Assembly (NCBI RefSeq): GCF_009834535.1
Contig: NC_045696.1
Span: 7,070,001-7,134,000 of the forward strand
Direction of reading: 5' to 3'
DNA length: 64,000 nt
Source of the DNA: Camelus ferus
Taxonomy: Eukaryota
In this document: positions 26,307 to 38,895 of the stretch, one piece after another
Layout of the letters: every line of letters starts with the position of its first letter
Numbering within the stretch: position 1 is the first letter of the stretch
The notes under the pieces: model-generated
Databases searched by the model: none
The model's input: only the letters and a program-made list of their open reading frames with translations
What the model was told of the DNA's origin: nothing
Position numbers and translations under genes: made by a program

Positions 26307-26387
26307 AGGGTCCAAAGACAGACCCGCACAAAGCAAGATTGTGCAGGGTCCAAAGACAGACCCGCACAAAGCAAGATTGTGCAGGGT
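26307..26387. repeat. perfect 38-bp tandem duplication
   Basis: agggtccaaagacagacccgcacaaagcaagattgtgc at 26307-26344 and 26345-26382, followed by agggt. Confidence 0.95.
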
Positions 26388-27190
26388 GCCTAGGCCCGCC
26401 TGGATGGGATGGGATGGCTTGTTGTAGGACTTGATAAAATATGCACTTTGAAAACTGGTGCTAAATTGTAAAAGACTTGGGATTCCAGGCTAAGGAACAC
26501 AGACCACAGAAGGACTAATAAACCCACTGTAGCGCTTAAAAGGCTTTTAAGGTTTTAGGATTGAATTTTTAAAAAAAGAATAACTTTCACTGGACAAAGG
26601 CAAAACGTCCCTGACAAAAATCTCAAGCCCTTTGAAATGATTCAGTGAATCTGTGGAAAACAGAATAAATCACTGATGAAATTTCAATAGCATTTAGTAG
26701 TAAACTACACGTCCAGCAAAACCATAAAACAGGGGTTAGTATAAGAGAGATTTATAGATATGAACCAATGCAATGCACAAAATAAAGTTTTTTCAAGCAA
26801 AACCAACGATCCTTTAGAGACAAACAGAAAGAAAATAAGAAAGTGCATCTTTCAAAAAATCCTACAAAGGCTTCTGACTTTTCCTCATGATAAGTAACTA
26901 GATTTGCTTCTGGAGACAGTGTTGCCAGCCTTCCCACCACGCCAGGTAGGGCTCAAGTACTGGTTTGGCTCCTGATCCATCTTTCAGTCCTTTTGTAACT
27001 CAGCTCCAAGTACGTCTGTGCACGGACATGAGGCAAAAGCATGCTAAATGCGAAAGCACAAATTATGTGTTGAGAAATCACTACAATGCCAAATTTTTTT
27101 TAGAATAAAAAAAAAATCTATCTTTAAGAACTAGCTGTGTTAGGGTAACTGTTTACATATTGAGGTGTTCCTCTTTTTTTTGACTGGAAC

Positions 27191-27247
27191 AATAAAAAAA
27201 ATTTCATATGGCCTTGGTTTCTTCTTTGTGTGTGTGGGTGTGTGTGT
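27191..27247 (+). terminator. KCNJ6: distal polyadenylation signal with GU/U-rich downstream element
   Basis: AATAAA at 27191-27196 is preceded by a T-run and followed by ttggtttcttctttgtgtgtgtgggtgtgtgtgt. A second AATAAA lies at 27104-27109. Confidence 0.65.
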
Positions 27248-29759
27248 CCCCAAAGAAGTCCGCCTTTTCTGCAGGTGGGAATTTGAACCATTTCTGAAAT
27301 GCTGTATTCTGTCACAGGACCACCCAGGATGTCGGATCTACCCCCATGGAAATCAAGGACCGTACCATGAGTTTTCAATAATTGCCCCCACCCTGAACCT
27401 CGCCCCACCATCTTCCCCTCTCTCTCTCCCACTTTGTCTGTCTCTCCATCTCTCTCTCTCTCTCTCTCCCCCAACATCCCCCCTCCCCTCCCCCACCCAC
27501 CTCTCCCCACGCTCCGCCTGTGGCCAGATCCCAGCAGTGGGTCAGCCCTGCTCCTCCCCACACCTGCCCAGCTGGGTGGCACCCGTCTGATACCCGTTTG
27601 CTGTTTGCACCTCATGGAATTTTCAAAGATGAAAGGGACCTACAGCAGTTCATATCCGCTTGTCACAACTCTAAGTGTCTTAACTAGAGGAGTTTAACGA
27701 CACATGATAGAGTCCAAAGTTGAAATAAAGAAACCATCCTAAGAGAGGTTTTCGTGTCCTCTGTTTTCCATTTTGTGTGGGGTTGGCTTTGCCCGACTCC
27801 AGCAACTCAGCTCTGACTCCTCACCCTGGGAGAAACCCGGTGGCTTGGCCGCCCACCCACTCTAGGGAGGCATGAAGGAAGCCCCTGAGTCCAGCCAAGT
27901 TTTCCAATGGCATGCTGGTCACCTCACGCTATCACATGAACAAAAGCAGTCATGTGAAAATCCGCCTAGGTTACATCCTTCCCCAGAGGCTGCCAGACAT
28001 AAAACCCTCAGGACACCACCACTATTTCATCCCACTTTTCCTAATGGGCCCCCCACCCAGCCTGGCTGCTACTACTGATGGAGTTACTGGCCTGTCATCT
28101 GCGTCCCCCAGCCCCTGTGCATCTGGTCCACTTAGCACTCACCATGCCCAGCAGAAACCCAAGGAGATGCGTTCATCCCTGCAGGTGCCCAAGGGACTTG
28201 GAACAGCCAGCATCTCCCACTGCTAATGCTTTCCTGAATGTCATCTTAAGCTTCCTTTCACCAACACACTCCCTTTTACAAGTTTTGACCATATAATATG
28301 ATTATATTTCTCTTATAAGGAAATATATTATTTGGGGGTCTTCTCAACAATTGCTGTGGCTACAATTTTCTTAAATCACAGCTTCCTGTTTCTTTTTCTT
28401 AAAATCCTGACGTCATCTCTAGAAAGAAGACTAGGGAGACAAATTCCATGCACAAAAGATGCTCTGAGCAGACCAGCATCAAGGAATCCCAGAGACAAGA
28501 AAACGAGAAGGCCAGCCCCTCAAACCGCAGCTTGTCCTACCGGAGCTGGGTAACCAGGCGACAGCGCAGCCTTGCTGAAGGCCACAGTCAACACATACTA
28601 CCTCTCACTTCCAGCTTCTTTCCCACAGGCCAGCCGCAAAAAGAAAGAAAATTGTTTTTCCACTTTCACAGCCTCAAGGTGACCAGATGATTCCTTCCCT
28701 TTTGGGACTCTGGTTGCACCCTACACATCCAGAACAACAAAACCACAACCTGTGAGCATGTTTACACGTAGGTGCGAGGAATTCCACATACGTTATCTTA
28801 TGTAATCCTTCTAGCCCTGCAAAATCAGGAACATTAGCCCCATTTCATAGCTGAGAAAACAGAGGCTAACAAGTATAATACTTTGTCCAAAATTACACAG
28901 CGAGCTACATTATAATATTGAACTGAAGGCTATACTGCCGATTACGTGTTAAACATTCTGCGATCCAGCAAATTCGTGTGGAGAGGAAGAAATCCAAAGC
29001 AGAACCAACCATCATTACCCAGGCAATTACGCGGCCATTAGGCTCAAGCCAGGAGGGGGCAACAGAACATTAGCCAAGGAGCCAAGGCCGGCAGGGGCTC
29101 AACGCTGGCTGACAAAGGAAACTAGCTGATGGGGTGTCCTTGACCTCCTCGGCAGGGTCTCTCCACCGACGCCAGGCCTGGCTGGGTCTGTCCCAGAGCT
29201 GGCCATCGGGGGGGGGCATCCCAGCAGTGCCACGGCAGCGGGCAGAGATGGTGCAGGCCGAGCAGGACCCGACAGGTCTGAGGACACTAGTCAGCTGCAC
29301 AGTCGAGCAGCCAAAGCCCCAGCGAGCCCGCTCCCCTTCCACGGCTCCCCCACACCTGGCTGTGCCTTCGATCCAAGCGACCTGCCTCTCCTGGGGCAGG
29401 CAGGGATTTCTCAGGACCAGGGTTGTGTCTGTTTGACTCCTCTTGTGTTGCGCGCCCCACAGGTGTGTGCTCACGAGGCACCCGCTAAGTGGCGGAACCA
29501 GGGCTGAGCCCTTGGGCCAGGGATCGTGCGCTCACTGTCCCAGCTGCCCTGCTCCCACCCAGTGGTGGTGAGCTCGGGGCCTCGTCCAGGCCCGCACAGG
29601 GATCGTGCATCCTCGCTGGTCCCCAACAGATACCCTTCTCCATCTTCACCTGGGAGGGAGGCTAAAATCTTTATCTACCAGTTTACTGGGCAACTTTTTT
29701 TAATAGCCTCCTCCCCAGCCCAGCTGGCCGACCAGTCTTGTCTTGAAGAAATGTCCCAG

Positions 29760-30200
29760 GTATATGCTGCTCCACGTAAAGTCACCGAGACTTAGAGGCT
29801 TCAAACAACCATGTATTTTGATCATAATTTTGTGGGCCAGGAGTTCAGGAGGGCGTGCCAGGATGGCGAGTCTCAGATCTGAGAGCCGTCAGCTGGGTGG
29901 TAGGTTTCCTTGCTCAGTTCCAACTCCACGTGGCCACTCATGACCCAGGACTCCCACAAGACTCAGCCTTTGCCCAGCGTGGACATCTCCAGGCGTCCCA
30001 CTGCTTGCAAGACAGCGCTTCCAAGAGGCAAGAAGCCTGCACCGCTCAGCAAAGGGCAGCGCCAGGAACAGAGCCACCTGTCACCACATTCTTTTGGCCC
30101 CAGTAGTCACAGTCCCCACCCCGACCCCAGATCCGAGGGGGCAGAGACTCCACTCCACCACGGGGGAGGGGCAGGTTCATTGCTCCATTGCCCTTGTATT
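29760..30200 (-). mobile_element. diverged MLT1-family MaLR LTR
   Basis: gacttagaggcttcaaacaaccatgtattttgatcataattttgtgggccaggagttcagg...gtcaccacattcttttggccccagtagtcacag resembles older MLT1 subfamilies. Confidence 0.5.
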
Positions 30201-30589
30201 GGAAAAACCCGCCCTACCCACACTGCAGCACCCGCAGCCTCTTCCAATCCACCACCGCTAGGTCCACAAGGGCGTGGTGAAAGGGTTAACCCCTTCAGCC
30301 CAGGCTGGACACTGTCACCGCCCCTTTCTACATCTATCCAGACAACAGGCACTGAGACCCTCCTCAACTTTCTCCCCAATAAGTCACACATCCTTTCTCC
30401 CACAAAAAAAGAAAAAAAAAGCAAGAGGAAAAATAGAACCTCATCATATTAGTAACATTCCAGTCAGAGCGTTGCAGTGGCTCCCTGACCACAACCCAAC
30501 CGTCAAGAGCTCTATTCATGTCATTCCTGAGTTTTCCCCTGTGCTGAAGGCACCCAGCACTGCCTTAGAAAATGATCCTTGTAACAAAA

Positions 30590-30880
30590 AAAAAAAAGGA
30601 TGCAGACTCACAGATGCAGAGAACAAACTAGTGGTTACCAGGGGAGAGAGAGGAGGAGGGAGGGGCAAGGTAGGGGTAGGAGAGGAGGAGGCACAAACTA
30701 TTACGTATAAAGCAAGCTACAAGGACGTATTGTGCAACACGGGAATACAGCCAACGTTTTTAATAACGATAAAATATAACCTTAAAAATTGTGAATCACT
30801 ATATTGTACTCCTGTAACTTATATAACATTGGACATCAACTATACTTAAATTTTTTAACATTTTTAAATAATAAATTAAG
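30590..30880 (+). mobile_element. L1 3' UTR fragment
   Basis: cagactcacagatgcagagaacaaactagtggttaccagggg...aattgtgaatcactatattgtactcctgtaacttatataacattggacatcaactatact. Confidence 0.8.
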
Positions 30881-33739
30881 CTGAATCACGAGAAAAAAGA
30901 TCCTCACTCGTGTGAGATGCAACCGGGTAATGGGCTTGAACAAGCCCCAGACGGGAGAAGCCCAAGACGAGAAATGCAGTCAGACAGCTGCCCAGACAGC
31001 CCCAGGACACAGCTTGACCGAGGTAATTGACGTCAAATGGAATCCAAACAAACAGTCTCTGGGGTCTGGTCCACTCCAGGAAATGCTAAAGGGAGACCGC
31101 CAAGGCCAAAGATCCATGGGAGACAAGTTAGCTGGAACCATCCTCCTCCCCACTCCACACACAAGGAAGGGCAGCCAGGCTGTCGGGTCCAGAACCCACC
31201 ACGATTCTCCGATCTGAGCAGGAGTGATCTGCTCTGAGTCTGGGGCCCCATCAACAAGACCTTGCATGGCATCTGGAAGACATTGTGACAATGACAGTTC
31301 ACCTTGATGGTTTTCTGTACAACAGGCGCTGTCCTCAAGTTTCACAGGGAATGAACCACAGAGCACACGTTGTCTCTATTAAGTCCCACAACAAGCGGAT
31401 GGGTGGGAGCCACTGGAACCCCACTGAATGGCAAGGAGATGGGCGCTCCCAGGGAGTAGGTGACCTGACCACTAGAGGTTCGTTAGAGGCTCTGCCAGGG
31501 TCCAGCCCAAGGTGCTGCACTCTGGGGTGGGGGGCTCTTCTCAAACTGTTCAGGCTGCTGTCACCAAGCAGAGGACGCTGAGAAGAAAGCAGGGGCTGAA
31601 ACCCACATAGGAATTCCCAACGGCCACCAGGAGAAAAGGACATCCCAGATGGAGTCTCCTCGGTGAATCCCAGAGAGGGAAGTGGGAAGAGAGAGGGGGG
31701 AAGCAGGAGAGACAGAAGGGACAGGGGACAAGGGACTCTGGAATCTGGCATCATCCACTGAAGCGGATTTCTTGCATAACTTGGAACACCGTCTAAACGT
31801 AAACCACTCCCAGAGCACTTGGCAGTCCCTACCATTCAGCTGATAAAAGCTGCTAAGCGTTGCAGGCTGCCATCCTTCTGAGGGAGATCATGAGATGACC
31901 ACAATGGTCAAGTGCATTACGGAGACAGAGTAGCCTGCCCAAGGAGCAGCATTTGTTCTTCCTGTGGGTCGCTGTGTTTAGTTACACTTTCCTGGAGCAT
32001 TTTTAAAAAGAAAAAATACACAGTGTTGAGGTTTGTTTTGCCTTCCCTTCTGGCTACAACCCATCCTCTGGGGGTTACAGGCTGTCTGCATGAAGCCAGA
32101 GCACAGGCTTAGGAGGGGTCTCTGTGGGAAGCGATCACCCCCTTCTCATCCACAGATATCACGGGGCCCCACGAGGGAGAAGCAGGTCTGGAGTCCCTCT
32201 GGAGGTCTTCATTCCTAGGAGGCAGGAGGGCAGGGGGGCAGCTCCACTGAGAGGGAGACAACGGCATGCACACTTTGTGACCCTGAGCACTGGAGCCAGG
32301 GCAGGTTCTGCTGACTGCTGGACCAACCCACCCGGCTTAGGTGGCACTGAGATGTGCCCAGCTTCCACACGCTTCCCAGGGGCTGTGCAAGGGGCAGGAC
32401 CAGAGCTCACCCAGGTAAGTACCAGGGCTCACCTGTGGTCATCACAAAGCCTGGATCAGTCTGGAAAGCACATCATGCAGCCTCCGACATGGCAGAGAGA
32501 CACTGCCAAGGCAACCAGGCAACAGCATCCCTAGCTGCATCTAGTCGTGTGCAGCATCCTTCATCCCTGGAGCCCTATAGTACACAGAGACCTAGAACTG
32601 TAAGCTTTATACCAGGAGGACACAGTCCCATCCTTCATTTCACAGCTGAAGGCTAGAAGGGGATGCAGGTGGCTGCATGTCACCTTTCCAGCAGTGACAG
32701 TCAGAAGCAGGACCCTGACCTCCTGCCATTGGTCCACCAACTCTGCCTGCGTGCACCTCACACTCATATCCGAGATGACGTTGTTCTATGTGACCTGTTC
32801 ATGTCGACTCTGCCAGCTCCTTGAACACAAGTCCAAGTGGCTAATGACCCAGCAAGGAAGCCCAGCTCTGTGACTGCTGTGAGTTGACAGAAGCCACTGG
32901 GGGAGCTGACCGAGGGAGAAAGCCCCGGAGGACGGAGCCGCACACTGGTTACACGCACCTGCTCTGGGCTCAGGGAGGAGGTAGGTGTGGATCTGCCAAA
33001 TTCTGTGCATCTCTGGGCAAGTCACTCAACCTCCCTGAGCCTCAGTACCCTCAGCAGGACCTATGTTGAGTGCTATTGTCATGACAGATGAGACATTGTG
33101 AGCAAAAGTTTTGCTAAGTGCCTGGACCATACCAGCGTTCAACAATTATAGTCAAGAAGTATCATCATTTCAAGTTACCGCCCTGGAAAAAATGCCAGTT
33201 CCCTACTGGAATTCCCACCCAAGAGAATCTAAGCAGAGAACCCCAGAGAAGGGACAGGAGAGTGACCCACCCCGGGACCTGCTGTCCACAACCCATCCTC
33301 CTGCCCTCATCACCCAGGGGAGACCAAGTCAAGCCATGCTTGGTGTCATCTCCCACTGTCTTCCCTGGTGCTGCACCAGCATGAGGGGCCAACTACTGCC
33401 CTGCACAGCGTGGAGAGGGAAGACCGCTTAACTACAAATTCACTTTTTCCCTGAGCTTGAAAAGTTTGGGAACACATCCTTAGAGCCTAAACAGGCCCCC
33501 TCCACCCACTGGAACGCACAAAAGGAGAAAGCCAAGCCCACATCCTGCCCTTCCGGCCTGTCTAGGCTGCAACATCGCCAGTCTCCTGGAGGCCCTGCTT
33601 GGAGCAAGCAGCTTCTTTTAAGTCTGGAATTTTAAGCCCTTTTCTCATCCATCCTTCAAAGACAGTAATTTGGACAAAGCACAGCAGGCTGCCCACCTGA
33701 CCATGGTCACACAGAAAGTTCTGCACCTGATCATAGAGT

Positions 33740-33940
33740 AAAAATGGCAGCTACTTGGCCTCCAAATACTGGGTACTGGGCTAAGTGCTTCACGCACATT
33801 AATACATGAGACTCCCCACAACACCTGATGGGCTAGGTTTAATTATTCCCATTTTAGAGATGAAAAAACTGAGGCTCAGAAAGTTTCAGTAACCTGCCCT
33901 AGGTTTCATGGCTGGCAAGAGGGGGAGCCAAGAGTCTCAT
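33740..33940 (-). mobile_element. MIR SINE
   Basis: attattcccattttagagatgaaaaaactgaggctcagaaagtttcagtaacctgccctagg. Confidence 0.7.
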
Positions 33941-35217
33941 CTACCTTCTGATGGAGCATCTGCACAAAGCATCCTGGTTGTCCTCCCACGTATGTCGAGA
34001 CCCCTCCAGCATCTGAAGCTAAGATATCCATGCACCCATGGTCCCTCAGCTAACAGAAATTTCTGGAATCTTTGAAGGCCAGAATGGCAATAATTTGTAA
34101 AAGAATTGTTTCTAGTGGGTCTGGCTGTCAAAATGCCTGTCAGCCTCATCTGTCAATCTGTCACCACTAATGAGGAAAATCCACATTATTAAGACTGGGG
34201 AAACTTCAAGCAGCCACTTCTAATTATTTCATTAGCAATCCACTGCTGCTTACCACCACCCGAGACAAATATTTTTGAATGTTATCATTTCTTCCGTAAA
34301 GTTGAGCTCATGTTACTAATTCAGCACCTAAAATAAGAAGATTGTGCACATTAGGTTAAAAAAACTGAGACTCTTACAAAAATAAGGAGCAACCTTCTGC
34401 TTTCTAGAAGAGTTCTCTTCTCAGTGAGGTGGCCCCTCTAGCTCCACGTGGATGGGGCACGAGATGGCGCTGGCGCCTGAGACGGGAGGCAGCTGAGAAA
34501 CCCCAGGGCTCACCACTCCATCACTGAGCTCAGTCCAGATCGCCCAACACCCCCAAATCCTGGCAACATTATACCACCGTGGAGAGGGCATAATGGTGCC
34601 CCACATAATGACCTAAAAGCATAAGAAGTAAGATTAGCCCCTGAGCTTTTAACTGTGATGTCAGGGGGCAGGGGGTGGGGAGCAAAGCTGCCTGAGACCC
34701 CCCGGCATCCTTCCCCCATGTTACAGGGTTGGGCCGGGGGATCCCAGCTTGGCAACACTTTTAGTTAACTCGGCTAATTTACACTCAGGGAAACTGAGGC
34801 CAAGAGATGATCAACATGGGGCAGGCTGAGGATGCAGGGCCATGCGACTCCAGCCTCCACTTGCCCTCTGAGGCCGGGCTGTTGGGGCCCTTGACAATCT
34901 TTACAGAAGGGCTGGCACACTCATGCTGTGTTTTGGGAAGAGTCCTCTAGATGCAGAGGCGTCTGGGAGGCCAATAATGGGTACAAAGAGCCCTGTGGGG
35001 TCACGACTGTGGGGCGAGGATAAGGAGCACATACATACACAGCAGACACTAGACGTAGACTTGCCGGGACATGGCGCTGCCAGGACGTGGGAGGGAAAGA
35101 AGCCCTACGTGGGCAGGGACTTTTTATACTTGATTCACCATCAAAGTGCTTGGAACAGTGTCTGTTATGAGACAATTGCACAGTAAATATTTGTACAATA
35201 AATGAGTGAGCTTGTTC

Positions 35218-35655
35218 AAAAAGATACATGCACCCAATGTTCACAGCAGCACTATTTACAATACCCAAGACATGGAAGCAACCTAAGTGTCCATCAACAG
35301 ATGACTGGATAAAGAAGATGTGGCATATTTATACAATGGAATACTACTCAGCCATAAAAAATAATGAAACAATGCCATTTGCAGCCACGTGGATGGACCT
35401 GGAGATGTCATACTAAGTGAAGTAAGTCAGACAGAGACAAATACCATATGAGATCATTTATATGTGGGGTCTAAAGCAATGATGCTAATGAACTTGTTAC
35501 AAAACAGAAACAGACTCACAGACTTGGAAAACAAGCTTATGGTTATCAAAGGGGAAAAGAGGGATAAATTAGGAGTTTGGGATTAGCATATATGACTACT
35601 ATATATAAAATAGATAAACAACAAGGACCTTCTGTATAGCACAGGGAACTATAAT
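35218..35655 (+). mobile_element. L1 3' end (ORF2 C-terminus)
   Basis: ORF remnant MFTAALFTIPKTWKQPKCPSTDDWIKKMWHIYTMEYYSAIKNNETMPFAATWMDLE. Confidence 0.9.
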
Positions 35656-36910
35656 GGTCCAAAAATGGAAATTACCCAAATATTTTTAATAGTTGGAGGG
35701 ATTGCTGAATATAGCACGTGCATACAATGAGCTGTTAAATAGCAATGGAAAATAATTACTGCTGCACAAAATACTATAAATGAATCTCATAAATTTAATG
35801 TTGAGTGAAAAAAAACAAAGAGTATATACCATAAGATTTCATTTGTACAAAGTTCAAAACAAGACAAAATTACACAGAAGCTGCATAGTACTTACCTCTG
35901 AAGTGTGGCAGATCTTAGAATGGTCCTGAAGTGGGAGCATGTTATAGTCTAATTCCTGATCTGACTGGTTATTAATGGGTACTTCTATTTTGTAAAAATT
36001 TGTTGAGATCTACATTTATGATCTGTGCATTTGTATGTGTGTGTGCTATACAATTCAATTAAAAATTTTTTACTAAAAAACAGTAAGTCACAGACTGGGA
36101 GAAGATATTTGCAAACACATAATTGAAATAAAAGATTCATATTTGGAATATATGAGGAACTCTTGAGAATCAGTAAGAAAAAAAATCCAATAGGAAAATA
36201 AAAGGCAAAAGATACCAACAGATCATTCACAAGAAAGCTAAATGCAAGGCCGAAAAACATAAAAAGATGCCCAATGTAAGTACTAATTAGGGAAATAAAA
36301 ATTAAAACACTGAAATATTTTATAACCATCAAACTGGAAAATATTTGGAAAATATTTAGAAGAATTATTTTATAACCATCAAACTGCATAAAATATTTAT
36401 GCAGACATAAAGTGATGAGATCACTTACAAGCAGTGGCTATTTGAAGGGTAATTTGCTACAATCTGGAAAGAAAATATTTGCTCTTCAATCCATCAGTTC
36501 CATTTCTAGGAAAATATTAGAAAACTCCCACAGACGTTCCATTGGGAAAGTGGCACAAGAGAGTTTATTCCATTATTTGTTTGCAATAGAAAAAAATACC
36601 TACAGTATGACATCAATAAAATACATTCTGAACACATGCGAAAATACGGATTCACATCTAAGACTGTTAATAGAATTTTCAAATTCGAGATGACAGTTAT
36701 CCCCGGGTGAGAGACCAGGCAAAGAAAGGGGTGATGCGAGGACATGCTGGGAGCTTGGCCCACCATTTGTGTCCTTTTTGCTTCTTAAAGAAATAAGAAG
36801 AAAGTATGACAAAATATTGGAAAAATGACAAATATGACAAAACTCAACAGAGCTGGGTGGTAAACGTGCTGCTTGCCATGAAGTTTTCTGTATATTTGAA
36901 ACCCTTCATA
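35656..36910 (+). mobile_element. ancient L1 (L1ME-like) fragments
   Basis: aatctcataaatttaatgttgagtgaaaaaaaac and cacagactgggagaagatatttgcaaacacataattg are degenerate L1 ORF2/3' motifs. Confidence 0.6.
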
Positions 36911-38342
36911 TTTTAAGAAAACCATTCAAAAATATGCCTCTTTTTTAATTTGATTTTTAAAGAAATTCTAATTGAATTAAAATTTTAAATTTTTATCTTT
37001 TAATCTTAATTGGATTTAATTTTAATCTTTTTTTTTTTCTAGCTGTCACTCTAGTGCCACAGCAGCTAAGCCCATGGATACAGGGGTTGTTAAACATTAC
37101 TCAGTTGAACAGAATGGGCATAAAACAGATCTAGATTCACTCACAACGCTGTAAAGATGTTATTCCAACCTGGAAATGCCCTACACTGTCAGTACAGTCA
37201 ATTTCTTGCTAATTCAGAAAAGTATGCGTCTTAACTTGGTGACTCTTCCTCAAGCAGAAGCTCTCTCAGAACCTCCCACACTAGCCCCACCGTTGCCACG
37301 GCACCTGCACACGGACTACGCCCCGCCCCTCTTCTCACACTTCAGGCTGCACACCGCCTGGGCCTCTGTCAATGAAGAGAAAAAGATGAACTGATTGTTC
37401 TCCAGGCTTCTGCCCAGCAGCGGATAATATGCAATGTCTTCTCATTTCTTTTCCAAATGGGCTACCTCCCGCTGACCACTAGGTGGGACATCAGCTTGCC
37501 AGTTACTTGAATAAAAACATGCATAGAGAATTCTTGAGGCAGCGTGTGTTGCTGCAGAGAGGGGTATGCTCAGCGAGCTGTCAGAGGAACAGCTGAGTGG
37601 GGTGCTTCCCAAGTTTGGAAGCATCATCACTTTCAACCCCCGCTGATATCATTTATTTTGGAATATGGAGAGTAATACATTGCTAACTCGCACAAATTTA
37701 AACATATACTCAATTAACTGGAATTTTCTTTGGTCCATAATTGGTTTTTTTCTAGCTAACTGTGGTTGGAAGAAGAAAGAAGGAAAAAATGGGAAACAGC
37801 AGTTATCTGATATCCATTATGTGTCAGGAAGCAAATTACAGCTTTATCTCGTGTGACCCTCATGCCTGTCCTTCAAGGAGGAACATCATTTCTCAGTTTC
37901 AAAGGAGGACGCAAAGGCTCAGAGATGTCAGGCACCTCACCCAGCAGCCCACACAGGGGAGCAACCGAAAGGCTTGAGCCTATCCCTCTCTTCCAACAAG
38001 GCCTGCCCGCTTTCTGTCATGCTCCCTCTCCAGAAAGACTCTGGGGTGGAAGTCTGAGAGACAGAGAATGCAGAGAATGTATTTAGTGAACGTAAACACT
38101 CGCCGGCGCAGCTAGAAGAGGAAGACCTGATCAGACAACAGTCAGAGGGTCCGTCACCTCCAGGTTCTGCCCGAGCCAAGATCACAAAGTAAAATGAAAA
38201 CTATTGTCGCTTATTCTCTCCACAGAATGAGTTTTTTAAAGAAGTGAAAGGTCTAGGGAACTATTCTTATATGTCAAGAGGCAAAACAGGGCCCTGATAT
38301 GGTCTTTTGACTCCAGAACTGGGAACAGATTCTCACGAGCAG

Positions 38343-38353
38343 TGTGTGCATTT

Positions 38354-38392
<39 letters not shown>

Positions 38393-38491
38393 TACTGGGT
38401 GGGGTGCGGAGGTAGGGGGTGGATTACGTGTGTGTGTGTGTGTGTTGGTGGGTGGTTGGGTGTACGTGTGCGTGTGTGTGTGTGTGTGTGT
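38343..38491. repeat. compound (TG)n/(GA)n microsatellites with G-rich spacers
   Basis: Directly visible. Confidence 0.93.
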
Positions 38492-38519
38492 ACTGGGGGA
38501 GGCGGGCAGAGGTAGGGGG

Positions 38520-38895
38520 TGGATTACGCCAGGGACGCCACAGCAAAGTACCACAGACCAGGAGGCTTCAAAGAGAAACGTACTTTCTCACAGTTCTGGA
38601 GGCCAGAAGTTTGAGACCAAGGTGTCAGCAGGGCTGGTTCCATCCTGAGGCCCCTCCCTTGGCTCACAGACGGCCGTCTTCTCCCTGTGACTTCCCACGG
38701 TCTCCCCCTGCACCTCTTGTATCTGAATCTCCTCTTCGGATAAGGACACCAGTCCTACTGGATTACAGCCTGTTCATATAATCTCATTTAAACTTAATGA
38801 CCTCTTTAAAGGTCCTATCTCCAAATACAGTCGTGCCCTGAGGTACTGGGGGTCAGGAGGTCAATACACAAATCTAGGGGGAACACTATTCAGCC
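38520..38895 (-). mobile_element. MLT1A/B-type MaLR solo LTR
   Basis: caaagtaccacagaccaggaggcttcaaagagaaacgtactttctcacagttctggaggccagaagtttgagaccaaggtgtcagcagggctggttc...ctatctccaaatacagtc. Confidence 0.8.

Noticed and set aside
26307..26387. CRISPR-like palindromic direct repeat
   Set aside because: There are only two abutting copies with no spacer and no cas genes, in a mammalian context.
29910..30849. 180- and 191-aa ORFs
   Set aside because: They run through MaLR and L1 3' UTR remnants and look like chance open frames.
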